Of a DNA stretch of 53,571 nucleotides, positions 33,943 through 42,973 are shown one piece after another. A program made the translations under genes and the position numbers. The notes beneath the pieces are model-generated. The model made no database searches and was not told the DNA's origin. It saw only the letters and a list, made by a program, of their open reading frames with translations. Source of the stretch: a virus (lineage: Duplodnaviria; Caudoviricetes); IMG/VR virus record IMGVR_UViG_3300012816_000027, positions 1-53,571 of that record. One strand, given 5' to 3'. The stretch's first letter is position 1. Every line of letters starts with the position of its first letter.

Positions 33943-36113
33943 GGGTTCACCGTGAATTTGCGGATGATGGCCAGCACATGGAACGGAAGCGGCTCAGACT
34001 GCTCCAGCACGATGGGCGAATCACCGCGCTCCCAGCCGATCAGGCCCACGTTGTCCAGGCCGGAATAGGCGACCAGTGGCGCGTCCAATAGCTCGGCACC
34101 GAACTTGCGCTGCGTCAGCGCTATCCCGTTGATCGTGCCGCCAATGGTTTCATGAAGTAGCGCCGTGACCTGGTTCGTGTTCATGTTGTTGCCCTGGGCA
34201 GAACCGACGCCGGTCTGGATTTCGGGGCGCAGAGGGATGATCCGTGCGGTGTACGGCAGGCCGATCTGAACATTCTTCGCCGCGTTGGGCAGGTTGATCT
34301 TGCCGCCTGAGACCGTGAACCCGCCGGCGAATGTGCCATCGGCCAGCACATGCACCTCCTTGCCCTCCAGGTGATCCAGGCCGGTCCACTGGGTTTTCCC
34401 CGCCCCATCCGTGCCAACAATGGCTGAATCGGTCAGTAGCGAGCTATCGAAGCGTTCGATGTAGCGGCGAACAGCACCGTTGACAGTGCGCCGCACGCTC
34501 ACCCACACCTCATCAATCCCGTTGTTCGGAATGCTGGCCACGGACTCGTAGGCTCCATCGGTGGACTGCGGGGACCAGGCAGTAACGCCCTCATCTCGGT
34601 CGATAGTCAGGGTTGCCAGCTGGCCGTCGCCGCGCACGCACCAGAGGCGTCCATCAGGTTCTTGCTGGTAGGCCATATCCACCACGCCGGACTGGGTGAT
34701 GTGCTCGGCCAGCGTGGTGACGTTGGGCGATGGGAACGAGTCCGATGCGTAGTTGTAGGACATGGCACGCACCTTCTTGCCGGTGCGGGTGACGTAGAAC
34801 AATTCCTCACCGATCTGTACCGGCTTGACCGTATTGCAGCCGTACCGCGTGCGCGGCTTTAGCTGGGGGTTGGTGGGCGTCAGCGGCTTTTCCACGCCGC
34901 CGGACGCCGTATATTCCCCGCCATAGGTCAGCATCAGCAGCACGCTGACGGCAGACATGCGGGTGATCGGGTTGATCTTGCCGGTGCTGGGGAGCGTGAA
35001 CGCATAGGCATCGTCGTCCTCGGTGCCGGTGGTGAAGTCAAAGAAGAGACCGGTCTTGCTTCCCCACAGTGTCTGCGGATAGCTGGGCGATCCGGCCAAT
35101 ACCAGGCGCTGCTCGTAGAATTCGCCGGTGCGCGGATAGCCGTCGTATGGGTTCCAGGTTGCCCCCATCATCTTCCATGCGCCAGCCGGCGCAGCCACTA
35201 TCGAATCCATGGCCTGAATGATCTTGGCGGTGACGCGGGCGGCATCAGTGAAGGCGATGATCTGCGCCAGGCCACCATTGACCGACACGAACTTGCCTAC
35301 ATCGGCGGCCACAAAGCCGTCCAGGCCAACCGTCAAAGTGATGTTTGCTCCAACCGGGTCTTTTGCGCTGGGGGTCAACGGTGCCTGGGGCGAATCACGC
35401 TGTATCCACTGGAAGGCCGCCAGGCTGGTGGAGGCGAATTCCGAGGTGATTGTGGCGGTCACCACCGACGGCGATACAAACGCCGTGATCAGCGCAGAGC
35501 CGCCGTCGGACGTGATGCGCCGTCCCACACAGCTGGTGGTGAAGGCTGCGCCCGATGCCGTAAAGGTACGGCCAGCACCCACCGTCTTGTTGCTGATAGT
35601 CATGGTCAGGTTGTACCGGTCCCCCACCTCATCGAATGGCAGCGTGGTGAACGGCGCATTGTTGATCGTCCAGATGGCAGCAGCCAGGCGGCGCAGGCTT
35701 TGCGGATAGATCTGCGGATGGAACAGCAGCATGGTGTCAGCGCCCTGCGTGTAGTCCAGCTCGCGCAGCATGTCCTCGGTGTAGGGCGTGGCCAGCTCAA
35801 AAGGAACCCCGCCGCTCATAATCTGGCCGCCGCCCTGGTTGTAGAACCGAACATACTGGTGGCCGAATTCCAGCATGTAGGCCTGGGTGGTGCTGAAGAC
35901 GAACGGAATCATGCGGCAGAAGCGGTCCGGATACTTGGCCTGCGCTTGAATTCCGCTGCCGTAGCGACGGAATGCGCCACCATGGATCGTGACCAGGCAA
36001 TTAAGCAGAGACAGCGCGCCATTCTGGTAGCGGCTGATATCGACTCGACCGAAGCACTTGGGCGTGATCTCGCCGGACGTGAAATTGGTTTGATTCAGAT
36101 CTACGCGAGGCAT
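33939..36113 (-). CDS. Tail tubular protein B / nozzle (T7 gp12-like)
   Basis: QTNFTSGEITP, GG..RR.G, EFG..YVRFY, YEQRL.LAG, IGLPY motifs. Confidence 0.85.
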   Translation of the reverse strand: MPRVDLNQTNFTSGEITPKCFGRVDISRYQNGALSLLNCLVTIHGGAFRRYGSGIQAQAKYPDRFCRMIPFVFSTTQAYMLEFGHQYVRFYNQGGGQIMSGGVPFELATPYTEDMLRELDYTQGADTMLLFHPQIYPQSLRRLAAAIWTINNAPFTTLPFDEVGDRYNLTMTISNKTVGAGRTFTASGAAFTTSCVGRRITSDGGSALITAFVSPSVVTATITSEFASTSLAAFQWIQRDSPQAPLTPSAKDPVGANITLTVGLDGFVAADVGKFVSVNGGLAQIIAFTDAARVTAKIIQAMDSIVAAPAGAWKMMGATWNPYDGYPRTGEFYEQRLVLAGSPSYPQTLWGSKTGLFFDFTTGTEDDDAYAFTLPSTGKINPITRMSAVSVLLMLTYGGEYTASGGVEKPLTPTNPQLKPRTRYGCNTVKPVQIGEELFYVTRTGKKVRAMSYNYASDSFPSPNVTTLAEHITQSGVVDMAYQQEPDGRLWCVRGDGQLATLTIDRDEGVTAWSPQSTDGAYESVASIPNNGIDEVWVSVRRTVNGAVRRYIERFDSSLLTDSAIVGTDGAGKTQWTGLDHLEGKEVHVLADGTFAGGFTVSGGKINLPNAAKNVQIGLPYTARIIPLRPEIQTGVGSAQGNNMNTNQVTALLHETIGGTINGIALTQRKFGAELLDAPLVAYSGLDNVGLIGWERGDSPIVLEQSEPLPFHVLAIIRKFTVNP

Positions 36114-36125
36114 GGGTGGCTCCTA

Positions 36126-36698
36126 TCAGCTGAACCGCGATTCAACGAACGAGCCTTCCGCGAATTCCTCCGGAGGATCGTCCTGGCCGTCCACAGCCTT
36201 GGCCACCTTCATCATGCGGTCCAGTTCCGCAATCATGCTGTCGCGCAGGGTGGTGGAGGTGGTCACCGGATAGCACATCGCTGCCGCCATGGCCTGCTCC
36301 ATCACGCCAACCAGATTGGAACTGTAGGTACCGGGGACCTCGTTGCGGAAGACGTACACCAGCGGCAGCGCAGTGACGTTGGCCAGAATGCGCGTCCCCT
36401 CGGTGCGGAATGGAATCGTGCAACCCTCGCGGCCCACCTGCACGGTGCGCAGCCAATCGGCGGGCAGCTCAAACTGGGCCTGGAAGTCGAAGGCCGGTGC
36501 CTCGGTCAGCGGTGACAGCAGCACCCGGCGCAGAGCGCACTTCCAGGGGTGCGAGCGCAGCACCGAATCGCGCACCGAGGGAAACAGATTGGCCGCCAGC
36601 GTGACCTGGTCGCGCTTCTCGGAGAAATCGCTGAACGACTTGCCGCCCAGCTTCAGCAGCGCATTGGAGCAGATGGAGACAGGAGTAGCGTTTGACAT
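36126..36698 (-). CDS. Tail tubular protein A / adaptor (T7 gp11-like)
   Basis: ICSNALLKLG, LRSHPW.CA, LPADWLR motifs. Confidence 0.82.
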   Translation of the reverse strand: MSNATPVSICSNALLKLGGKSFSDFSEKRDQVTLAANLFPSVRDSVLRSHPWKCALRRVLLSPLTEAPAFDFQAQFELPADWLRTVQVGREGCTIPFRTEGTRILANVTALPLVYVFRNEVPGTYSSNLVGVMEQAMAAAMCYPVTTSTTLRDSMIAELDRMMKVAKAVDGQDDPPEEFAEGSFVESRFS

Positions 36699-36709
36699 GA
36701 TCCACCATG

Positions 36710-36739
36710 AAAAAAACCGGGAGCAAGCGCCCCCGGTTT
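36710..36739 (-). terminator. Terminator after the capsid/cement genes
   Basis: aaaccggg...cccggttt stem followed by a T8 tract on the minus strand. Confidence 0.75.
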
Positions 36740-36775
36740 GGAACCCGCACGGGGCGGGCAACACACGACTAGAAA

Positions 36776-37234
36776 TCAGTCGTTCACGTATTCGATTTCA
36801 AACTTCAGCGGCTGGTTGGCAGCCAGCACAGCACCGGCCACGGTGGCGTACACATCCACCTCTTCGGTGGTGATGTATTCCAGGCCGCTGGCGATCAGCG
36901 CACCGTTGTTAGCCGACTTCTGGCCAGCTGCGGCAACGTCGATGCCCGAGGCGATGGCAGTTGCGCTGGCGACCACCTGCGTGGCAGTGGAGCGCGTGCC
37001 GATGCTCAGGGTGCAAGACGCGGTGCCAGCTGCGCAGCTCACCAGGTTGTTACCGGTGAAGCGGCTACCGGCGGGGACGCGACCAATGAAGATCGTGTCA
37101 CCGATGGCCAGCTGGGCGTAGGTAGTCGGCATCTTCGATGCCAGGATGCGCTTGCGACCGAACGACTCATGCGGCAGCAGCTTGGGGGTGCGGTTCACGA
37201 TCTTCGCGCCCTGGGTGGTATTGACTTCAGCCAT
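36776..37234 (-). CDS. Capsid cement/decoration protein
   Basis: 152-aa beta-rich protein (GDTI.IGRVPAG) directly after the major capsid gene. Confidence 0.6.
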   Translation of the reverse strand: MAEVNTTQGAKIVNRTPKLLPHESFGRKRILASKMPTTYAQLAIGDTIFIGRVPAGSRFTGNNLVSCAAGTASCTLSIGTRSTATQVVASATAIASGIDVAAAGQKSANNGALIASGLEYITTEEVDVYATVAGAVLAANQPLKFEIEYVND

Positions 37235-37280
37235 GGAAGGCTCCTTTCAGATGATCAATGAAGTTGGGGCCAGGGCCGAA

Positions 37281-38147
37281 TTAGACGAAGTCGATGGCGA
37301 CGACGCCGTATTCCCAGACGCGCACAGCGCCCACGGAACCAGCCGCCGAGACCTGCATCGTGTCCTTCTTGTCGCCACGACGCTGGGCGCGGCCTTCGAA
37401 GAAGCCAGTGCCGAAGTGGATCGCGGACTTGGCCCAGGCCATGGTGCGCAGCACGCCGGCAGTGTTCTGGATCTTCTCGTAGGGAACCCAGTTGAAGCCC
37501 ATCCACTTGCCGGAGATATTGCCTTCCTGGAGCATCTTGACCGCCATGAAGTCAGAGCTGGTCAGGGTGGTATCCGAAAGGATGTCTTCCAGCATGTCCG
37601 AGGTGAAGGCGATGCACAGCTCTTCCGGAATGTCGGCCTGCTCGTCGGCCTCGTTGGCGCGGAACAGCTTCTTAGCGGTGATCAGCTTGGCCTTGGTGAA
37701 GCCGGTACCACCGTTCAGGATGATCTGGCCGGACGGCAGCGGGATCAGGGTGCCGTCCTTGGCCTGGGCGTTGCCGATGCCCGCCGTGTAGATGATGTTG
37801 TCCTTGCGGCGATTCCACGCGGCATTGAGCGAGTCCATGTAGGAGCCGGTCGGGTTGGCCAGCACCTTGGGCTCGTCGGCGCGGTCCACCGGCAGCGCCT
37901 GGTAGAAGTCGCGCATCAGCGCCACGCGGGTGGTGTGATTGGCATCCGACCAGACGGTATCGCCGTGGCGGGTGGTGTTCTCGGGGGTATCGGCCAACAC
38001 ATCCAGGCGGTTCGCAGTGAACGACTCGCCGGTGATGTTGCCGCGATCCGTGACGCGCGGCTCGAAGCGTGCGCGGCGCTGTTGGGCCTGCAGGCGGATC
38101 GAGTTATCGAACTGCTGCACGAAGGCCTGGGTGATCGACTGGGGCAT
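37281..38147 (-). CDS. Major capsid protein
   Basis: ITQAFVQQF..I.L.AQQ, AA.NR..D..I, WMGFNW, GAVRV motifs; ATG 38147 with GGAG RBS. Confidence 0.88.
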   Translation of the reverse strand: MPQSITQAFVQQFDNSIRLQAQQRRARFEPRVTDRGNITGESFTANRLDVLADTPENTTRHGDTVWSDANHTTRVALMRDFYQALPVDRADEPKVLANPTGSYMDSLNAAWNRRKDNIIYTAGIGNAQAKDGTLIPLPSGQIILNGGTGFTKAKLITAKKLFRANEADEQADIPEELCIAFTSDMLEDILSDTTLTSSDFMAVKMLQEGNISGKWMGFNWVPYEKIQNTAGVLRTMAWAKSAIHFGTGFFEGRAQRRGDKKDTMQVSAAGSVGAVRVWEYGVVAIDFV

Positions 38148-38302
38148 GTGAATCTCCAAAAAGGTGACTGAGAAATTCGCCTTTCAGGGTGTCCGGTCAT
38201 CCGGGCCTGCCAAACGGTCGCCTTGCATGCACCGGCTACCGTGCGCAAGGAGGGTAATTTGCAGGGTGTCCGCGCACCACCACGGGCCTGTATCTGCCCG
38301 CA

Positions 38303-38337
38303 ATGGTCGCGCTGGGTGGGGGTCGGTTTCCCGACTA
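38303..38337 (-). promoter_or_regulatory. Putative late promoter 2 (upstream of capsid)
   Basis: TAGTCGGGAAACCGAC-N13-GACCAT. Confidence 0.7.
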
Positions 38338-38350
38338 AATGGAAGGGGTG

Positions 38351-39259
38351 TTACGCGGCGGCTTCGGTGCCGAATTTCTTCTGGTAGTAGCTGCGGACCT
38401 TCTCGCTGACGCGCGCATGGTCCTTGTGACCTGGGTTGGTATAGGCCTCGGAGTTCATCAGCGTCTCGATCTCATCCCCCGACATGATGTTGCCCTCGTT
38501 GTTCGGGTTCTTGTCTTCGGCCAGCTCCGGCCCCAGGACGGCCATCAACTGCAAGAACTGCGGATTGTTGCCCAGCGGCCCGGACATGATCTGCTGCACG
38601 TCGATGCCGGCCTTGCCAGCCAGAGCCGTGGTGGCGCTGAAAGCCATGCCGACATTGCGGTTGAACGTGGCCGGAGTCGCCCAGGCCTTTTCCAGTTCGG
38701 CCTTGCAGGCATTGGCATCGATGATGCCGGCAGCGGCCACCAGTTGCGGGGCCATTTCGAAGTAGCGATCCATCACCAGGTCCAGCTGCTTCTGGGTCAT
38801 GCCCGCCTCGAAGGCCTTGGCGCGGAAGTCCTGGAAGCCTTGATCTTCTTCGGGCTTGAACGCGTCCTTGAATGCTTCCGGGACCGTGACCGCATATTCC
38901 TCCGCAGTCTTCGGGCGCACGTCACCAGAGCCGATGCGCTTTTCTGCATGGCCATAGGCTTCGGCCAGCTTGCGACTGGATGCTTCCAGGTCCAGGGTGC
39001 CGTCGTCCTTCTTGACCTGATACTTTTCAGGAATGAAAGGCTGATCGCCTTCTGCTGCGCCTCCATTGGCACCAGTGGCCAAGACGCTGGCGGCAGCTGC
39101 TGCGCCTGCGTCACCAGTACCACCTTCACCTCCAGCCCCTGCGCCAGCAGCTGCGCCACCATCCGCTGCACCTGCTGCCGCGCCGCCGCCTGCGCCGGAA
39201 CCGCCACCGTCACCTGCTTCTTGCATGAGGACATACCAGAGCCTCCGTTTAATTTGCAT
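38351..39259 (-). CDS. Capsid scaffolding protein
   Basis: Gly/Ala-rich N-terminus, IPEKY, GMTQKQ, C-terminal AY.NP.H.DH motif; between portal and capsid. Confidence 0.78.
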   Translation of the reverse strand: MQIKRRLWYVLMQEAGDGGGSGAGGGAAAGAADGGAAAGAGAGGEGGTGDAGAAAAASVLATGANGGAAEGDQPFIPEKYQVKKDDGTLDLEASSRKLAEAYGHAEKRIGSGDVRPKTAEEYAVTVPEAFKDAFKPEEDQGFQDFRAKAFEAGMTQKQLDLVMDRYFEMAPQLVAAAGIIDANACKAELEKAWATPATFNRNVGMAFSATTALAGKAGIDVQQIMSGPLGNNPQFLQLMAVLGPELAEDKNPNNEGNIMSGDEIETLMNSEAYTNPGHKDHARVSEKVRSYYQKKFGTEAAA

Positions 39260-39289
39260 TTCGTTCTCCTATCGATGTGGGAATGCCGC

Positions 39290-39538
39290 TTATGCGGCGG
39301 GGTTGTTGTCGTCTGACTCGGGCAGGCCATTGGCGCGATTGATCTGGGCCACGATGAACTCCACCACGCGGCGCGAGCCATCACGGTGGTAGGTCTGCAG
39401 GATCGCGTCGATGCCTCCTTGAACCACGGCGGGCCGGGCAAAAACTTGCGTTAGCTGTTCCAAGATGGCCGCGCCGACTTTGTGATCTTCGAAGATCTGC
39501 CGGTAATCGGCGGGCGTGGGCTCGTAGGGTTCTCTCAT
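39290..39538 (-). CDS. Small head-associated protein (BPP-1 Bbp19-like)
   Basis: YRQIFE...G..ILE.L...G.RRVVEFI pattern after the portal gene. Confidence 0.6.
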   Translation of the reverse strand: MREPYEPTPADYRQIFEDHKVGAAILEQLTQVFARPAVVQGGIDAILQTYHRDGSRRVVEFIVAQINRANGLPESDDNNPAA

Positions 39539-41127
39539 TTGGCGGCCTGCTGCATGGCAATTGGAACGGTCTTCTGGGCCAGCTCATGCTGCTGTTGCTG
39601 CTGCTGGGCCTGCTGTTGCGCCTGGGCGCGCTGCTCGCGCAGCTGGGAGACGGCTTCCGGCGAGCGGGATATCGATGCTGGAGCACCCCGCCCTTCCATG
39701 ATCTGGCGGGCTGCCGCGTCCATGTCCACGGTGTCCAGCACAGTGGGATCAACGGCGGCCATCTGGCTGATCGAGACGATGGACGACTCGATAGCTCCGA
39801 CCTCTTCCAGCTTCTGGCTCTTGGCCATGGGTGAGTTGAAGACCACCGTGATGGTGCGTTGTGCCAGCGACTGCGGCGGGCGACCGAGAACGCCAGCACG
39901 CAGGGCCAGGCCGAAGCAGCGGGCCACCATCGGGCCGTACCACTCGGGCTGTAGGCGACCGAATACCGGCCCCAGCACCTGGCGGATCTGTTGCACGCGC
40001 AGCTGAAATTCCGTTGCAGAGCGCACCGGGCTGTCGATGGGCGGCAACTGGTCGGCCATCAGAATCTTGCGGATCGAGGCCTGCAGCGCTTCCTTCTTGG
40101 TGAACGACAGATTGAAGTTCGCGCCGGAGCTGAGCGGCTTCATGCTGTCCACCGAGTTGGCTACGATGATCTTGCGCGGGCCAATCTTGACGGTGCGCGG
40201 GTTGAGCACGCCGTCGTCCTCGGCAATCCACATGCCCGAGATCGCCACGTCGGCGTTCATGTCTTCCAGGTACACCAGGCGGTTGAGCTGCTTCACGTCC
40301 GGCATGGCCCGGAACATCGGGCCGACCGCATACACAGTGCCGGGCAGCTTGGAGTAGCGCGGAGCCCAGAAGGGGCATTCATGGAATCCCGACTCCAACA
40401 CCACCTCCTTGCAGTCCAGGTCCACGTGGATGGACGTGAACGGCAGATTCTTGGCCAGGATGCCGGCGGCCTCTGCACTGCTGCGCGGGTAGATCGACCA
40501 GACGAACTTAAATTTCTCGTCGGGCTTGCCATCCTCCATGCACTTGCGGATTTTCTCGCTGACCTTTGCTTCACCGAACTTGTTGAACGCTTGCTCGGCG
40601 GTCAGCTGGTACTCATGCACCAGGATGTCCGGCACGCCGCCGGGCTTCGATGCACCGATGAAGCTGGAGGACATGGGCAGCAGCTGGAAGTGATAGCCAC
40701 CCTCTTCCGGCGAGTCACAGAACATGACGAACCAGCCAGCCGCCACCATGTCCAGGCATGCGTCGATGCCCTCGGAATCGTAGTTGGAGGCGTGGATGTT
40801 GTGCCAGATCAGCTGCGCGGCAGCGTCCAGCCACCGCTTTTCCTCGTCGGTGTCGTTACCCGTGGACAGGCCCACCCAGCGCGAATTGCTGGGCGTTCCA
40901 CCGGTCATGATCGAGGCGGCCAGGATCTGGCCCGAGTCGGTGGCCGTGGAGTCGAACAGGCGGGCGCGCTTCGATGCCAGAGCAGCGCCGTCGCTCTGCT
41001 CGTTGTAGAAGCCGTCGCCGCGCTCCGGGAAAGAATAGTCATAGCCATCCTTCCAGTTCTGCTCGTACATGGTGCGCAGAGACCGCATGGCCTCTCTGCG
41101 CCGGATGATGGCTGATGCGCGATCCAT
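39535..41127 (-). CDS. Portal (head-tail connector) protein
   Basis: LFDSTA, TP..RW, P...PR...G..Y..GP, SATE...R...LGPVFGRL motifs. Confidence 0.9.
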   Translation of the reverse strand: MDRASAIIRRREAMRSLRTMYEQNWKDGYDYSFPERGDGFYNEQSDGAALASKRARLFDSTATDSGQILAASIMTGGTPSNSRWVGLSTGNDTDEEKRWLDAAAQLIWHNIHASNYDSEGIDACLDMVAAGWFVMFCDSPEEGGYHFQLLPMSSSFIGASKPGGVPDILVHEYQLTAEQAFNKFGEAKVSEKIRKCMEDGKPDEKFKFVWSIYPRSSAEAAGILAKNLPFTSIHVDLDCKEVVLESGFHECPFWAPRYSKLPGTVYAVGPMFRAMPDVKQLNRLVYLEDMNADVAISGMWIAEDDGVLNPRTVKIGPRKIIVANSVDSMKPLSSGANFNLSFTKKEALQASIRKILMADQLPPIDSPVRSATEFQLRVQQIRQVLGPVFGRLQPEWYGPMVARCFGLALRAGVLGRPPQSLAQRTITVVFNSPMAKSQKLEEVGAIESSIVSISQMAAVDPTVLDTVDMDAAARQIMEGRGAPASISRSPEAVSQLREQRAQAQQQAQQQQQQHELAQKTVPIAMQQAAK

Positions 41128-41130
41128 AGC

Positions 41131-41382
41131 TTAGAAAGCCCCCAGTTTGTCCTTGCCGGACGCGAGAATGGACGAGCCGCTCATGGTGCTGGAGCCCGTG
41201 GAACTGCTGCCACTCGTTGCGCTGCCTGCGCCGCTGGCCAGGACCGTCTGCGCCTGGCGCGTCTTGTAGTTCGCCGCGAGCTTCGCATTGCTGGCCTTGC
41301 GCGCCTCATCGGCGGCAGCCTGGCGCTCTGCTGCGGGATCCACGGTTGGTGCCGGGGAACCACCCCCTCCGCCGCCGCACAT
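41131..41382 (-). CDS. Small virion protein preceding the portal gene
   Basis: MCGGGG start and KLG end, as in small podoviral pre-portal proteins. Confidence 0.6.
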   Translation of the reverse strand: MCGGGGGGSPAPTVDPAAERQAAADEARKASNAKLAANYKTRQAQTVLASGAGSATSGSSSTGSSTMSGSSILASGKDKLGAF

Positions 41383-41384
41383 GA

Positions 41385-41804
41385 TCAGCCCTTCTCGTTC
41401 TGGGTGATCTTCTCGGGGACCAGCCAGCCGTCGCCGCACTCGATGGGGCGCTTCAGGGTGGACACGTCCACCTTACTGGAATGCAGGTGCTTGAAGTCGT
41501 TTCGACCGCCGGGACCGTGGCGCAGCGCTTCGACCTTCTTGGGCGCGGCGTCCTTGGCATCGTTCTTGGCCAGCATGGCCTTCAGTTCGGCCAGTTCGGC
41601 GCCCTTGGCATCCAGTTCGGCCTGCAGGGCGTCCACATCGACGGAGTCAGCGCCGCCGGCGGACGGCAGATCAGCATCATCAATGCCGGCGGTATCAGCG
41701 CCAGCAGCGGCCTGATCTTGCTTCAGATCGGTGGATTGGTCAGCGGCGGGCGCTGCGGCCTCGCCGGGAACTTGGACTTTAGTGACGTTGGACTTGGTGG
41801 CCAT
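41385..41804 (-). CDS. Hypothetical late protein
   Basis: First gene after late promoter 1; C-terminal GWLVP. Confidence 0.6.
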   Translation of the reverse strand: MATKSNVTKVQVPGEAAAPAADQSTDLKQDQAAAGADTAGIDDADLPSAGGADSVDVDALQAELDAKGAELAELKAMLAKNDAKDAAPKKVEALRHGPGGRNDFKHLHSSKVDVSTLKRPIECGDGWLVPEKITQNEKG

Positions 41805-41845
41805 GCTGGACTCCTTGGAACGTTGATCGGTTGGATAACGTCCGG

Positions 41846-41880
41846 AGTATCCGGCGGCGCGGGGGTCGGAATCCCGACTA
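41846..41880 (-). promoter_or_regulatory. Putative late promoter 1
   Basis: TAGTCGGGATTCCGAC-N13-GATACT. Confidence 0.7.
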
Positions 41881-42252
41881 TCGGCGGGCCTGGTAGGCGG
41901 ATGGCATGCGGCGCTCCACGGGCAGCTGCTCGCGCTTCTGGCCGGTCACGTCGCACCAGAGCTGGATGAGGCGTTCGCCATCGAAGTGCTTGGGCTCGGC
42001 ACCATCCTTCCAGCCCAGCAGCGTGGTCTTGGGAATGTGCAGCTGGCTTTCGATGCGGTACATGCTCCAGGCGGCGCGCTTGAGGTCAGCGAAGACGCCG
42101 AACCAATCGATGCGGACCTCTGGCGAGGGATAGGCCGGCAACTGCGGCCGTGGCCTGGGGATGCGTTTGGGCGTAGGGAGGGCGTCACAGCTGGCTCCGG
42201 GCAGGTCCAGGGCCAGCTGTGTGATGTGTGGTGGCGGGATGATTGCGGTCAT
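41878..42252 (-). CDS. HTH protein, candidate late-gene activator
   Basis: IDWF....DL....SMYRIESQLHIPKTTLLGWKDGAEP...GERLIQLW HTH; last early gene, in the lambda Q position. Confidence 0.6.
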   Translation of the reverse strand: MTAIIPPPHITQLALDLPGASCDALPTPKRIPRPRPQLPAYPSPEVRIDWFGVFADLKRAAWSMYRIESQLHIPKTTLLGWKDGAEPKHFDGERLIQLWCDVTGQKREQLPVERRMPSAYQARR

Positions 42253-42360
42253 GGCCTCCTTTCGCTGACGCTTTCGCACTCAGTTAAAATCCCCAAACGC
42301 GCGCGCGTGCGCGAGGGGACGCGTTGCCGTACACATCCAACAACGATTTCGGGAGGTTAA

Positions 42361-42633
42361 TTGCATGAAGCAAGACAAAGAACTGCTCAAAAAATTCTGA
42401 TAGCTATGGTTGAATCCGACGAGATCTACCTTATTAGTCATTCCGTTCATAAGCTGATTGGTACGGATAAAGACCAATATGAATCCACTTGGTATCACCT
42501 GAAACTCCTGGCAGATGAGGGCTACGTCGTCGCCGACGGTACTGGTGGGGACGCTGGCTATCGTGTAACCGCACAAGGCCAAGCCCGTTACGACTGGTAC
42601 GAAAGCAATCGAGACCCGTTCGCCACCGCTTAA
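42361..42633 (+). CDS. Winged-helix-like moron (DUF2513-like)
   Basis: KILIAM...YHLKLLADEGYV...RVTAQG; GGGAGG RBS, TTG start. Confidence 0.55.
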   Translation: MHEARQRTAQKILIAMVESDEIYLISHSVHKLIGTDKDQYESTWYHLKLLADEGYVVADGTGGDAGYRVTAQGQARYDWYESNRDPFATA

Positions 42634-42674
42634 TTCGAGCCCGCGCAAGCGGGCTTTCACTTTTCTGAAGCTAT

Positions 42675-42971
42675 TCACGCGTGCATCTGGCTGGTCTGCA
42701 CAGCCATCGATCTCAGTGATTCAAGATCAAAGTGTGCCGCAAACGGGTCTCCCAACCCCTTCTCCAAGCACCAGGCTTGCAAGCGCACATATCCATTCGC
42801 AGCGCACTGCACATAACCTGCCCGGTGGGCGGCGGCCAGCACCGTGAAGAAGCGGACCATCTCAGGATTGCCAGTGAAGGCAGCACGCACCTCGGCCTTG
42901 TCCTCATCGTTCCAGTTATAGCGCGCTGCCAGGTACTGCAGGTCAGCGGATAGCGTGGCGGGATAGAGCAT
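42675..42971 (-). CDS. Hypothetical protein
   Basis: 98 aa, directly downstream of the helicase. Confidence 0.55.
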   Translation of the reverse strand: MLYPATLSADLQYLAARYNWNDEDKAEVRAAFTGNPEMVRFFTVLAAAHRAGYVQCAANGYVRLQAWCLEKGLGDPFAAHFDLESLRSMAVQTSQMHA

Positions 42972-42973
42972 GA

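Noticed and set aside
40384-40394. Fourth late-promoter palindrome (ggaatcccgact) inside the portal gene
   Set aside because: Only one half-site is present; the GTCGG arm is missing
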